DNA of 63,285 bases, filler included, from Atractiella rhizophila (taxonomy: Eukaryota), in the NCBI GenBank assembly GCA_021432655.1. It is 7 parts of 7 records of this genome, joined end to end, with 100 filler letters (N's around TTAATTAATTAA, not from the genome) between each part and the next. Parts side by side here need not be neighbours in the genome. Positions count along the whole stretch, not along the records: positions 1 to 10,929 come from MU272054.1; positions 11,030 to 21,921 come from MU272055.1; 5 more parts are not named here. One strand, 5' to 3'. The notes under the pieces are model-generated. The model had not been told where the DNA came from. It ran no database searches and saw only the letters and a program-made list of their open reading frames with translations. Made by a program: the position numbers and the translations under genes. Shown here piece by piece: positions 1 to 12,063 of the stretch. Every line of letters begins with the position of its first letter. Position 1 is the first letter of the stretch.

Positions 1-621
1 TGAACGGTGACGCGTCTCTTGATGATCCCAGTGATGACTCCTACGCCAGAAACATCATTTTTCGATACACACGATTGGGATATTAAATATTGACGTACGC
101 GACCCCTATCCTACTCGATGCCTTCGCGGGTGCCCTGGAGCTCTTAGAGTACGCTGGAGTACGCTGAAACAATGAATATACAGAAGTACTTCACTAGCCT
201 GCGAGTGTAAGCATGGAATAAGGCGAGAATGGGAAATAACGATGCTTTTACGGCGGCTGTCCGTCAGGATTTAGGTGTCAACGGGATGTCACGTGACTCG
301 CATTCCACACCAAAGTAACCCCTATTACCGTATGATCCAGGCGATAATGAGGGTGATATAAACGACGAGGACTTGAACATTTACAGCATTCTCAACCACA
401 AGTGAGTGATACTTCTGTTATATTTTATCTCACTCCTATCCTCCCTCCTTCTTCCATCCTAATGTCCATTGGGATGCAGCGCTGATCTAATCGAATAGGG
501 GCTTCTTTATCTATCCAACCATCCAGCAATACTGCAGAATATACTGCATCAACAGCAGAACACAACAGAGAATATACCAGAGCATACATCGTCAGCATAT
601 ACACAAGAATCAGAAAGAAAG

Positions 622-3572
622 ATGGACCGCTTCGACATAATCCCCTATACAGATCTCTCGCCAGAATCCTCCTGGACTCGCTTGGGAAAGGGCTCCTTCG
701 GATGCGTCTACAAAGGCAAGTATCTAGGCATGACTGTCGCTATCAAGGAGGTATTACAGAGCACAGAGTATGATGGTCAGTCTTTTCTTCTTTTTCACTT
801 TCTCCACTCTTTATTGCAGATATCCCTTTACCGGCTCTTTACTGGATAACCAACGCTGACGAATGAATGACAGTCCAGAAATACTTCCAGAGGGAATGCA
901 AAATCATGCAGCAAGTCCCATCACTTCGTTGCACTTCTGTGACTGACAGAAACCAACAGAGAAGCGTGCCATCCGAACGTAGTTCAATACATTGGTCTCT
1001 CTCTCGCCCCTCCTCCACCATCGCATACCCTCCCTCCATTCACCTTTCAACAAACCACTGTCTCCTCTCCTTCTTCCCCCAAGCCTCCTCCAAAGCGTAT
1101 CCTCATCATCTCCGAATATCTTCCCCGCGGCAACCTCCGCCAATACATTCTCTCCTCCCCTCCTCCACCTACCACGCTTCCCTTCTACCAAAACCACAAC
1201 AACGGAGGCGCTAATGGGAACCATGCGAATGGAAATCATGGCGGCGGAGGAGGCAATGGAAATGGAAAGAAGTATTTGAAGGAAGACGAAGAGGAAGATC
1301 AGGACGATGCGGATTACAGACCAATGCCGTGGCGCCTTCGAGTATCTTTCGCCGTCGACGTAACACGCGCCGTCGCTTATTTGCACGCTAGGGGATGCAT
1401 GCACAGAGACTTGAAGGGAGAGAACCTCCTCGTCACGGAGAACGAGAGGTTGAAGGTCTGCGACTTTGGCTTCGCCAGATTGGTAGCTAAGAGCGAGCAA
1501 GAAAGGAGGAGAATGTATGTGTTTCTCTTTCTCCTCATCCCTTTTGTGTCTTCCTTTTGCGTCCCTTTGCGGTAAACTGACGTGGCATTTGACCGTTAGC
1601 ACCTTCTGTGGCACTGACGGATACATGTCACCTGAGATCCTCTTAGGTGAAGAGTTTGGTCTCGAAACCGACATCTACTCGCTAGGTATAATCTTCTGCG
1701 AACTCCTCTCCCGCAAGCTCGTAGACAACCACACCTTCGCTCGCTCCCCTCCTCTCTACACTCTCGACGCGAACGAAGTCCACTCGCTCGCATCCCCTGG
1801 TTGTCCGCCATCTTTCATCCGTCTCGCGCTCGAATGTTGCGCCACCGACCCCCGCCAGAGACCGGGAATCCGACAGGTATTGGACGGATTGAGGGCGGTG
1901 GAGGAGGAAGTTGTGAAGATGGAGAGGGAGCGGTTCGAGGTCGAAGCTGAGGCTAACGTAGGAACTGCGAAGTTTGGAGGGAGCACGAGGGCGAAGGGAA
2001 AGGAGAGGCCGAAGGGAGTTAGGATGCCTAGTTTCGAGGGAAAGGTGAAACCGTACGAGAAGAGGGAGGTCGTCACACCGAGCAAGGTGAAAGAAGAGGA
2101 GGGAGAGGGAGAGGATGGTAGTCGGTATTCCACTAGCGTTGTGAGGGCGAAGAATGGAAGCGTTCTCTTAGGTGGTTCTAGGATCACTGTTCCAGGAGGA
2201 GAGGAGGAGGAAGGAGGATGGATCGAACCTGACCATCAAAGCGAGGAAAGACGCCACTCGCCCAGGACTTGGCAACCTAGAAAAGGCCCAAGAATCCGGC
2301 TCCCGCTTTTCCAACCTGTCAACCAGGACAGAAGGCACGGAAGCTCGCTCCCCTCCATCCCATCGGCATGGAAGAAGATCCCATCGGAATCCCCGAGTGC
2401 CGACGCAGACCAGGTTGACGGCGAAGGTGAGGAGGTGGAGCTGTTGGGCGATGGGCTTCGTGCTGGGGAGCNNNNNNNNNNNNNNNNNNNNNNNNNNNNN
2501 NNNNNNNNNNNNNNNNNNNNNNNNNNNNNNNNNNNNNNNNNNNNNNNNNNNNNNNNNNNNNNNNNNNNNNNNNNNNNNNNNNNNNNNNNNNNNNNNNNNN
2601 NNNNNNNNNNNNNNNNNNNNNNNNNNNNNNNNNNNNNNNNNNNNNNNNNNNNNNNNNNNNNNNNNNNNNNNNNNNNNNNNNNNNNNNNNNNNNNNNNNNN
2701 NNNNNNNNNNNNNNNNNNNNNNNNNNNNNNNNNNNNNNNNNNNNNNNNNNNNNNNNNNNNNNNNNNNNNNNNNNNNNNNNNNNNNNNNNNNNNNNNNNNN
2801 NNNNNNNNNNNNNNNNNNNNNNNNNNNNNNNNNNNNNNNNNNNNNNNNNNNNNNNNNNNNNNNNNNNNNNNNNNNNNNNNNNNNNNNNNNNNNNNNNNNN
2901 NNNNNNNNNNNNNNNNNNNNNNNNNNNNNNNNNNNNNNNNNNNNNNNNNNNNNNNNNNNNNNNNNNNNNNNNNNNNNNNNNNNNNNNNNNNNNNNNNNNN
3001 NNNNNNNNNNNNNNNNNNNNNNNNNNNNNNNNNNNNNNNNNNNNNNNNNNNNNNNNNNNNNNNNNNNNNNNNNNNNNNNNNNNNNNNNNNNNNNNNNNNN
3101 NNNNNNNNNNNNNNNNNNNNNNNNNNNNNNNNNNNNNNNNNNNNNNNNNNNNNNNNNNNNNNNNNNNNNNNNNNNNNNNNNNNNNNNNNNNNNNNNNNNN
3201 NNNNNGTCTAGATGGGAAGCGGAGCAGTTTAGGGGCTCTAGGCGGTGTGCTTGGTAGCGTACTGAGTAAATGCGCTTATTGCGGGAAGCGATTAGGCGTC
3301 ATGAAGGAGTATCTCGGTTGGTTCTTTCATCCATGAGAAAGGAAAGGCAAATACTGATGACTGTGGCCGCTGGCTTAGAATGTGATGACTGCTCTTTTCG
3401 TTGCCACGTCAAATGTGGCGAGCTCGTCCCTCGCACCTGCTCAGCGTGGGAATCGGACGGCAGTACCCCGAACGGCGCTAGAGAGGCAGAAGTGTTGCAA
3501 CCCCCCAGTCCGTCTTTCGTAGGCGGGTGGAGGAAGGAGGGAAGCAAGTTAAAGAAAGGGAAGAAGAAGTGA
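622..3572 (+). CDS. TKL-group (LISK/TESK-like) protein kinase with C-terminal C1 domain; multi-exon, spans an N gap
   Basis: Spliced motifs [50 protein letters not shown]1-like [13 protein letters not shown] near 3380. Predicted introns 776-873, 911-959 (GC-AG), 1515-1599. Confidence 0.9.
2472..3206. other. Assembly gap (N run) inside the kinase gene
   Basis: Continuous N run without a linker motif. Confidence 1.
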
Positions 3573-3844
3573 TGGTGGACTTTCCCTCTGTTTCTTGTTT
3601 GAAGACTGAATTGGATACTCGATTGCAGATGGACGAAGAGTGATACCCTGACTAATCGTGTAGTAACTACGTTGGTGTAATTCCAGAGAGATGATGATGA
3701 ACGATTATGTTGTGTTACTCGCATCCAATGCACCTTCCTTAGCGTCCATCAGTAATATATCAGTTACATTTCAAACGGGCTTAAAAACTCCTAAACCAAC
3801 GGAATGTAATTTCTATTGTAAGTCTGAGAAAGTTGCAACTTGCA

Positions 3845-3929
3845 GCGGGGATAGCTCAGTTGGTAGTAGCATATGCTTAACATGACATGTGATCGCATAA
3901 GGTCGTGGGTTCAAACCCCACTTCTCGTA
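3845..3929 (+). tRNA. tRNA-Val(AAC) with an 11-nt intron (3883-3893)
   Basis: GCGGGGA/TTCTCGT acceptor stem, A-box TAGCTCAGTTGG, TATGC/GCATA anticodon stem with TT-AAC-A, T-arm GTGGG-TTCAAAC-CCCAC, followed by TTTTT. Confidence 0.88.
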
Positions 3930-4258
3930 TTTTTACATCTCCGTCCCCTAGCTCCACTCCACATTATTAGGGTGACCATTCTGTCGTCTTCGTCAAATCC
4001 TTTTCTCGCAGGAAAGACGCAAGAATGGACAAGACAAGTCAGAAGGGCCTAAGTTTCAATTCCTGAGATGGCATCCCTTTCGATGATCGGCAACCTCCAT
4101 GCTAAATACCATTAACAAGAGTGAATAATTACAATACAATGCGAGTGTACTGTTGAGGCAACAGTATATACTGAGATTATCAAGTGAACATAACTGGAGG
4201 CTGAACTGGGAGCGAGAGGAACAGACACCAGGACCGGACAGCTTGAGATGGACATGCA

Positions 4259-6758
4259 TCAGGATCCCTGACCAGACTTGGACTGCTTTTTGACGACTTT
4301 TTCCAAAGCATCTCCTCTTCTCGTATTTGCCAAGATAGCATTATCAACTTCGTTGGGACCTTCGTTGATCATAGTTTCCAACACTGTGCTTTGACGTTTG
4401 ATAACGCGGTGCAAGAACTGAATCAGAAACTCCAGAAGCTCTTCTTGTTGTTGTTTTGACTCGTCAAAAGAAGTCTTGCCGATAAATCCTGGCGGGAAGG
4501 AACTCGCCCAACTCCGTTTGAGAGATACCGAGTCGCGAACAGAACCAGATTACAGAGGTCTCGCGATTTTGAGCGAGGGTGCCTAAATACAGTTCGTCGA
4601 TATAACGAGCCGCAAAGAATTTGCGAAACACGCTGATGACGGGGCCCAGAACAGCGATATCTGAAATATCGGCGTCCATGAGTCCAGGATAGAGATTTGA
4701 TATCTCTTCTCTTTTCACGGACCGTGCGCTGCCCTGAGAATACTCGTTAACGAGCTTTAGTGCCAAATCATGATCTGGGTGCCAATGCGCGAAAGTGTTC
4801 GTGGTCAAAACGTGGTAGCAGGATTCGATATCATGGATCAGGTCGTGTGCATGCATTGGGGTTTCAAGGAGCGCTGCGGCGAGAAAAAGGTATGTTCCCT
4901 GTTCAAAGTTGTTGCTTCAAGAACAGGAACCGTTCCACAGAAAGTGCGCACCGTCCTGCTGTTACTCAGTGTCCTCTCTACGTCCAATGTGATAGCAAGA
5001 TCAAAATCCTGCAGAAAACCTTTCACACCACCTTTGTCCAGCGGCGTTAATGCAATGTTAGAATGACTGATATCGCGATGAAGGTACCCCGCTCTGTACA
5101 TGTCCAACAGACCTGTGCAGAAGAAGGGTCAGGGCAGGCGGTGGACGAGTGATGGTACAAACCTTGGAGGCCGCCATGAAGTCCTTCCAGGAGTTCGTAA
5201 GCGTTCCGAAACGAGGAAACAGGTCGAACCCAAGGAAGGACAAGGAAATGCAATCTCTGATCCGGATAGTCTCGTTCTCGCTCTTCTCGTTCCTTTCCTT
5301 TACACTTTTCTAGGAGACTCCATCGCTTCTTTTTATCCTCTGTCTGCAATTCTGCTTTTCTAGATGGCATCACGTATTCCGAGTCCTTCAGGGTGTAGCT
5401 TTGATCGTCAACGGTCCTGGCATAGCGACCATAGATCATTCGCTGAACGTGTCGCGAATCTGAGAGTTTCTCATACACTTCCGACTCCGAGACGCGACCC
5501 TCTCCAATATACCCCCAGTTGACCTTCACGAAACATATCTGCCGGGTCTTCTCCTTAGGGTTGCATCCCACAAAGTACTTCCCGATCCTTCCAAGGAGTG
5601 ATGTACGGATAACGCCGACTCTTCCGACGATCAGTCGAGTAGGGTCGTCGGCTTTTGGAGGTGATGATGGCGGAAGATTGAACTCCCATAAGTCGGAAAC
5701 TTTGGGAACACTGAATCCACTCTGCTTCATGGTGTCCTCATTCTCCTGGAAAATTTTGATGGCATCTTTCGCGTCTTTTGATTCGGGGTCAACTCTGGTA
5801 AAGTGATTATCAAGACCACGAGTAGCTTCCGCCGAACCAAAGCGGCTGACGAAGTCGCAAAATTTGTCAAAGGCGTCTCCTTTCCTAAAGTCGAAGAGAT
5901 CAGTGTAAATAATCTGTCTAGGGCTCCAACGAATGATTCTCGGCGAGGAGGGGAGGAGGAGGATGAGATAGGATGATGTGCGATGCTGGATCGACCCGAG
6001 CTCCAAGAAGTAGTGCAACAATTGCGCCAGCACCCGTTCAACCTCGACTGACCAATTCGGACCGAAAGGATCGAGTACTGGCTTTGCGTCCGCCATCAAC
6101 AGACAATGCCTCCAGCACATCCGCTTCACCTTTCCCTCTCCGCGACAGCAGCTGTTCCAATCGGCTGTCTTGACACCCATCAAGGCGGGTTTGGTCGTAG
6201 GATTTCTTCCATCGTACGTTTTGGCATCGGGAGCTTCATGCACGTCCGCGAAAGTCAGTCCTGTTCCTTCCCAGAGGAAATTCATGAACTCCTCCTGACG
6301 CGTCGCACCGATGAACATGGCCCTGATTTCTTCAAACAGATACTCACAATAATGAGATACATCTCAACCTCTTGAGTGAGAGCTTCCATTATCAGCATTC
6401 TCTTCCGCCAGTTTTCCTTCCTCGTTTGCCACACATCGGATAGCTCCTTTTCCTGAGCTTTAGCATCTTGTGTGCTAGAGAAAAATTCTTCGAGGAAATT
6501 GTCGAGGCTGACAGAGTAATAATGATTTTTTGCCTCCGCTAAGATCCTTGTTCTCTCAGCGCCGTGAAGCTCAGAGGCGGAGGAGGTGTCGCTCGTGTTG
6601 TGCGAAAACGACGCCACCTCGAAAATATTCACTCTCTCCTCCCTGAAAGCGTCGTAAACGTGATTTCCAACTGCTCTGGCTGCACGGTGCCGACTCCAAT
6701 CGATCGTCTGTTAATGATTTGAGACTGAATCTCTTGCAGATAGATATGCTACGAGCAT
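4259..6758 (-). CDS. FunK1 fungal-type protein kinase, copy 1 (C-terminal frameshift; start codon uncertain)
   Basis: HRDISHSNI, GFLQDFDLA and spliced SRT|GTYLFLAAALL..HDLIHDIES match FunK1 (Pkinase_fungal) motifs. One extra base near 4490 relative to copy 2 gives an early stop at 4464. Confidence 0.82.
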
Positions 6759-7571
6759 ATAGGCGACGGAGGGTGGTGGTTGCTTTCGCTGAGCACTGAG
6801 CACTGAGTCCTGACAGAAGACCAGCAGAAAGGAGGGAACGGGAAGAAGGATGGAAGGCCGGTTCAAACTTTAACTGAGATCGCCCAACAGCTCGGAATCA
6901 GATTGGACCAAGGGTACTTTGCTCAAATGTCGACATCGTAAGCTGGAGCTAGGATTATGGATGGCGTTATGAGGGGTGGCAGGCTCAAGCAAGTGTCGTT
7001 CACTCGTGGCAGTTATAGTTCTGACTGCGACTGCTGATGCATATTGATGACAGTTAATGTAGGAAGAAGAGAACAGTCTTCCGCTATTCCGGAGGGATAA
7101 ATGGAACCAAATAACTGTCACGTGTGTACGTAATAGCCGATTAATTAGTCTCAAATTACGCTCTCCACCTTCTTCCTCGCTCGTCTTCTTTCCTTTCCAA
7201 GGCGCTAGAGAGGCAGAAGTGTTGCAACCCCCCAGTCCGTCTTTCGTAGGCGGATGGAGGAAGGAGGGAAGCAAGTTAAAGAAAGGGAAGAAGAAGTGAT
7301 GGTGGACTTTCCCTCTGTTTCTTGTTTGAAGACTGAATTGGATACTCGATTGCAGATGGACGAAGAGTGATACCCTGACTAATCGTGTAGTAACTACGTT
7401 GGTGTAATTCCAGAGAGATGATGATGAACGATTATGTTGTGTTACTCGCATCCAATGCACCTTCCTTAGCGTCCATCAGTAATATATCAGTTACATTTCA
7501 AACGGGCTTAAAAACTCCTAAACCAACGGAATGTAATTTCTATTGTAAGTCTGAGAAAGTTGCAACTTGCA

Positions 7572-7656
7572 GCGGGGATAGCTCAGTTGGTAGTAGCATA
7601 TGCTTAACATGACATGTGATCGCATAAGGTCGTGGGTTCAAACCCCACTTCTCGTA
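7572..7656 (+). tRNA. tRNA-Val(AAC) with intron, second copy
   Basis: Identical to 3845-3929. Confidence 0.88.
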
Positions 7657-7980
7657 TTTTTACATCTCCTCCCTAGTTCCACTCCACATTAGGATGACCA
7701 TTCTGTCGTCTTCGTCAAATCCTTTTCTCGCAGGAAAGACGCAAGAATGGACAAGACAAGTCAGAAGGCCCTAAGTTTCAATTCCTGAGATGGCATCCCT
7801 TTCGATGATCGGCAACCTCCATGCTAAATACCATTAACAAGAGTGAATAATTACAATACAATACGAGTGTACTGTTGAGGCAACAGTATATACTGAGATT
7901 ATCAAGTGGACATAACTGGAGGCTGAACTGGGAGCGAGAGGAACAGACATCAGAACCAGACAGCTTGAGATGGACATGCA

Positions 7981-10488
7981 TCAGGATCCCTGACCTGACT
8001 TGGACTGCTTTTTGACGACTTTTTCCAAAGCATCTCCTCTTCTCTTCGTACTCGTATTTGCCAAGATAGCATTATCAACTTCGTTGGGACCTTCGTTGAT
8101 CATAGTTTCCAACACTGTCCTGTGACGTTTGATGACGCGGTGCAAAAACTGAATCAGAAACTCCAGAAGCTCTTCTTGTTGTTGTTTTGACTGGTCAAAA
8201 GAAGTCTTGCCGATAAATCCGGGTGGAAGGAACTCGCCCAACTCCTTTTGAGAGATACCGAGTCGCGAACAGAACCAGATTACAGAGGTCTCGCGATTCT
8301 GAGCGAGGGTGCCTAAATACAGTTCGTCGATATAACGAGCCGCAAAGAATTTGCGAAACACGCTGATGACGGGACCCAGAACAGCGATATCTGCAATATC
8401 GGCGTCCATGAGTCCAGGATAGAGATTTGATATCTCTTCTCTTTTCACGGACCGTGCGCTGCCCTGAGAATACTCGTCAACGAGCTTTCGTGCCAAATCA
8501 TGATCTGGGTGCCAATGCGCGAAAGTGTTCGTGGTCAAAACGTGGTAGCAGGATTCGATATCATGGATCAGGTCGTGTGCATGCATCGGGGTTTCAAGGA
8601 GCGCTGCGGCGAGAAAAAGGTATGTTCCCTGTTCAAAGTTGTTGCTTCAAGAACAGGAACCGATCCACAGAAAGTGCGCACCGTCCTGCTGTGACTCAGT
8701 GTCCTCTCCACGTCCAATGTGATAGCAAGATCAAAATCCTGCAGAAAACCTTTCACACCACCTTTGTCCAGCGGCGTTAATGCAATGTTAGAATGACTGA
8801 TATCGCGATGAAGGTACCCCGCTCTGTACATGTCCAACAGACCTGTGCAGAAGAAGGGTCAGGGCAGGCGGTGGACGAGTGATGGTACAAACCTTGGAGG
8901 CCGCCATGAAGTCCTTCCAGGAGTTCGTAAGCGTTCCGAAACGAGGAAACAGGTCGAACCCAAGGAAGGACAAGGAAATGCAATCTCTGATCCGGATAGT
9001 CTCGTTCTCGCTCTTCTCGTTCCTTTCCTTTACACTTTTCTAGGAGACTCCATCGCTTCTTTTTATCCTCTGTCTGCAATTCTGCTTTTCTAGATGGCAT
9101 CACGTATTCCGAGTCCTTCAGGGTGTAGCTTTGATCGTCAACGGTCCTGGCATAGCGACCATAGATCATTCGCTGAACGTGTCGCGAATCTGAGAGTTTC
9201 TCATACACTTCCGACTCCGAGACGCGACCCCCTCCAATATACCCCCAGTTGACCTTTACGAAACATATCTGCCGGGTCTTCTCCTTAGGGTTGCATCCCA
9301 CAAAGCACTTCCCGATCCTTCCAAGGAGTGATGTACGGATAACGCCGACTCTTCCGACGATCAGTCGAGTAGGGGCGTCGGCTTTTGGAGGTGATGATGG
9401 CGGAAGGGTGAACTCCCATAAGTCGGAAACTTTGGGAACACTGAATCCACTCTGCTTCATGGTGTCCTCATTCTCCTGGAAAATTTTGATGGAATCCTTC
9501 GCGTCTTTTGATTGGGGGTCAACTCTGGTAAAGTGATTATCAAGACCACGAGTAGCTTCCGCCGAACCAAAGCGGCTGACGAAGTCGCAAAATTTGTCAA
9601 AGGCGTCTCCTGTCCTAAAGTCGAAGAGATCAGTGTAAATTATCTGTCTAGGACTCCAACGAATGATTCTCGCCGAGGAGGGGAGGAAGAGGATGAGATA
9701 GGATGATGTGCGATGCTGGATCGACCCGAGCTCCAAGAAGTAGTGCAACAATTGCGCCAGGACCCGTTCAACCTCGACTGACCAATTCGGACCGAAAGGA
9801 TCGAGTACTGGCTTTGCGTCCGCCATCAACAGACAATGCCTCCAGCACATCCGCTTCACCTTTCCCTCTCCGCGACAGCAGCTGTTCCAATCGGCTGTCT
9901 TGACACCCATCAAGGCGGGTTTGGTCGTAGGATTTCTTCCATCGTACGTTTTGGCATCGGGAGCTTCATGCACGTCCGCGAAAGTCAGTCCTGTTCCTTC
10001 CCAGAGGAAATTCATGAACTCCTCCTGACGCGTCGCACCGATGAACATGGCCCTGATTTCTTCAAACAGATACTCACAATAATGAGATACATCTCAACCT
10101 CTTGAGTGAGAGCTTCCATTATCAGCATTCTCTTCCGCCAGTTTTCCTTCCTCGTTTGCCACACATCGGATAGCTCCTTTTCCTGAGCTTTAGCATCTTG
10201 TGTGCTAGAGAAAAATTCTTCGAGGAAATTGTCGAGGCTGACAGAGTAATAATGATTTTTTGCCTCCGCTAAGATCCTTGTTCTCTCAGCGCCGTGAAGC
10301 TCAGAGGCGGAGGAGGTGTCGCTCGTGTTGTGCGAAAACGACGCCACCTCGAAAATATTCACTCTCTCCTCCCTGAAAGCGTCGTAAACGTGATTTCCAA
10401 CTGCTCTGGCTGCACGGTGCCGACTCCAATCGATCGTCTGTTAATGATTTGAGACTGAATCTCTTGCAGATAGATATGCTACGAGCAT
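7981..10488 (-). CDS. FunK1 fungal-type protein kinase, copy 2 (apparently intact; start codon uncertain)
   Basis: Same motifs as copy 1; last exon is open to TGA at 7981. Confidence 0.85.
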
Positions 10489-10929
10489 ATAGGCGACGGA
10501 GGGTGGTGGTTGCTTTCGCTGAGCACTGAGCACTGAGTCCTGACAGAAGACCAGCAGAAAGGAGGGAACGGGAAGAAGGATGGAAGGCCGGTTCAAACTT
10601 TAACTGAGATCGCCCAACAGCTCGGAATCAGATTGGACCAAGGGTACTTTGCTCAAATGTCGACATCGTAAGCTGGAGCTAGGATTATGGATGGCGTTAT
10701 GAGGGGTGGCAGGCTCAAGCAAGTGTCGTTCACTCGTGGCAGTTATAGTTCTGACTGCGACTGCTGATGCATATTGATGACAGTTAATGTAGGAAGAAGA
10801 GAACAGTCTTCCGCTATTCCGGAGGGATAAATGGAACCAAATAACTGTCACGTGTGTACGTAATAGCCGATTAATTAGTCTCAAATTACGCTCTCCACCT
10901 TCTTCCTCGCTCGTCTTCTTTCCTTTCCA

Positions 10930-11029
10930 NNNNNNNNNNNNNNNNNNNNNNNNNNNNNNNNNNNNNNNNNNNNTTAATTAATTAANNNNNNNNNNNNNNN
11001 NNNNNNNNNNNNNNNNNNNNNNNNNNNNN
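10930..11029. other. Artificial contig linker (N-TTAATTAATTAA-N, 100 bp)
   Basis: Six-frame stop motif flanked by Ns, identical at six sites. Confidence 0.98.
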
Positions 11030-11205
11030 ATGACAACTTGAAATTCAATTTGCAAATGCAAATGTTCGATAAAGTTTTCAAGTCTGAAGGGATCCAGATA
11101 TAGGCGGGACATACACCACGCTAGTGATACAGGAGCGAAAGGGGTAGGTGATTAGAAAAACCGTTCATAGGAATGACAAGAAAGAGTAAAAAATTCTCAA
11201 AAATA

Positions 11206-11277
11206 CTCCCCAGCCGAGAGTCGAACTCGGGTCTTCTGTGTGAAAGACAGATGTCCTGACCGTTGGACTACTGAGGA
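11206..11277 (-). tRNA. tRNA-Glu(TTC)
   Basis: Minus strand TCCTCAG..GTCC/GGAC D-stem, TCTGT-CT-TTC-AC-ACAGA, CCGAG-TTCGACT-CTCGG, CTGGGGA-G, then a T run. Confidence 0.95.
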
Positions 11278-11418
11278 ATACATTGGCATGTACTACACCA
11301 TAAATTGTTCATTTCTTTACTAAAGAACAGGCAGCTCGCACATTGAAATTGAAAGAGGCTGCAGTGCCAAATTAATATTTTCATCTGTATCAAGGAATAG
11401 CCTCAGGCTGGATTGAGG

Positions 11419-11871
11419 TTACCAAACTGCTCCCGTTGGACTTCTTTTGAGATCCTCCAATCTGCGTCTCCACCTCCCTTCAGAAACCTGCATTTGAATG
11501 CCACTCGCCTCTCCAAGTCGGACAAAAGTATCTCCTTCCCTGTTCGGCGTGATGGAATCCAACGCGTCAAGCTGCGATATCGAACTCAGAACGCGTATGC
11601 AGGAGTGGAAAAACAAACTGACTACTGTGGCATACCAGTCTTTTCCCCAAGTCCCCCCCTTGTGGCGCAAAATATCAACAAACTTTTGTACCTCTTCGTC
11701 CGTAGGATACAAATACTCATATTTCACACGAATCTCCCTTGTCCTGAAAAATACATCGACCAGGTTCTCCAGTTTAATGATTACCAATCCTTCAAAACCA
11801 GTCTGTAGATCTTCATGGCTTGAGAAACCGTCGGTCTCTGGAATAGAATGAGTGCTCTCATCCGAGTGCAA
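11419..11871 (-). CDS. Hypothetical protein (probable exon)
   Basis: 150-codon open frame with protein-like composition; no motif recognised and true ends unknown. Confidence 0.35.
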   Translation of the reverse strand: MHSDESTHSIPETDGFSSHEDLQTGFEGLVIIKLENLVDVFFRTREIRVKYEYLYPTDEEVQKFVDILRHKGGTWGKDWYATVVSLFFHSCIRVLSSISQLDALDSITPNREGDTFVRLGEASGIQMQVSEGRWRRRLEDLKRSPTGAVW

Positions 11872-12063
11872 GTACTGTTGGTTGCGCTTCGTCCATTTGT
11901 ACCAATTGTGTGGTTATTGATGCTTGCGTGGTGGCAAATGACTCGGACTCGGGGAACTCAATCTAACCTCGGCTCAAACAATTGGGATTTTGAAATAGAT
12001 GGAGCAATCGCTCCTTGGAGTCACTGAGAGTCTTATCGTCAGCTTATAACTTGGACCCTTCGC

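Larger units (their letters stand above)
3474..7200 (+). repeat. Tandem segmental duplication, copy 1 (kinase 3' tail + tRNA-Val + FunK1 gene)
   Basis: Sequence from ggcgctagagagg (3474) recurs at 7201 and matches almost base for base, offset 3727-3730. Confidence 0.97.
7201..10929 (+). repeat. Tandem segmental duplication, copy 2 (runs into linker gap)
   Basis: Near-identical to 3474-7200; ends tcctttcca exactly at the unit end and contig end. Confidence 0.97.

Noticed and set aside
2200..2340. Alternative frame [18 protein letters not shown] looks protein-like, hinting at compensating frameshifts in the kinase tail
   Set aside because: The main frame stays open; cannot be decided without reads or orthologs.
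1517..3257. Long ORFs containing X runs, and ORFs ending in LIN at linkers
   Set aside because: Artefacts of N gaps and the TTAATTAATTAA linker.
6323..6347. Apparent 25-nt intron in FunK1
   Set aside because: A 53-nt intron ending at cgtcag gives the in-frame MYLII|EEFMNF join and a normal size.
6870..7460. 196-aa ORF across the duplication junction as a chimeric new gene
   Set aside because: Antisense to the kinase tail and UTR, with no coding-like features or motif.
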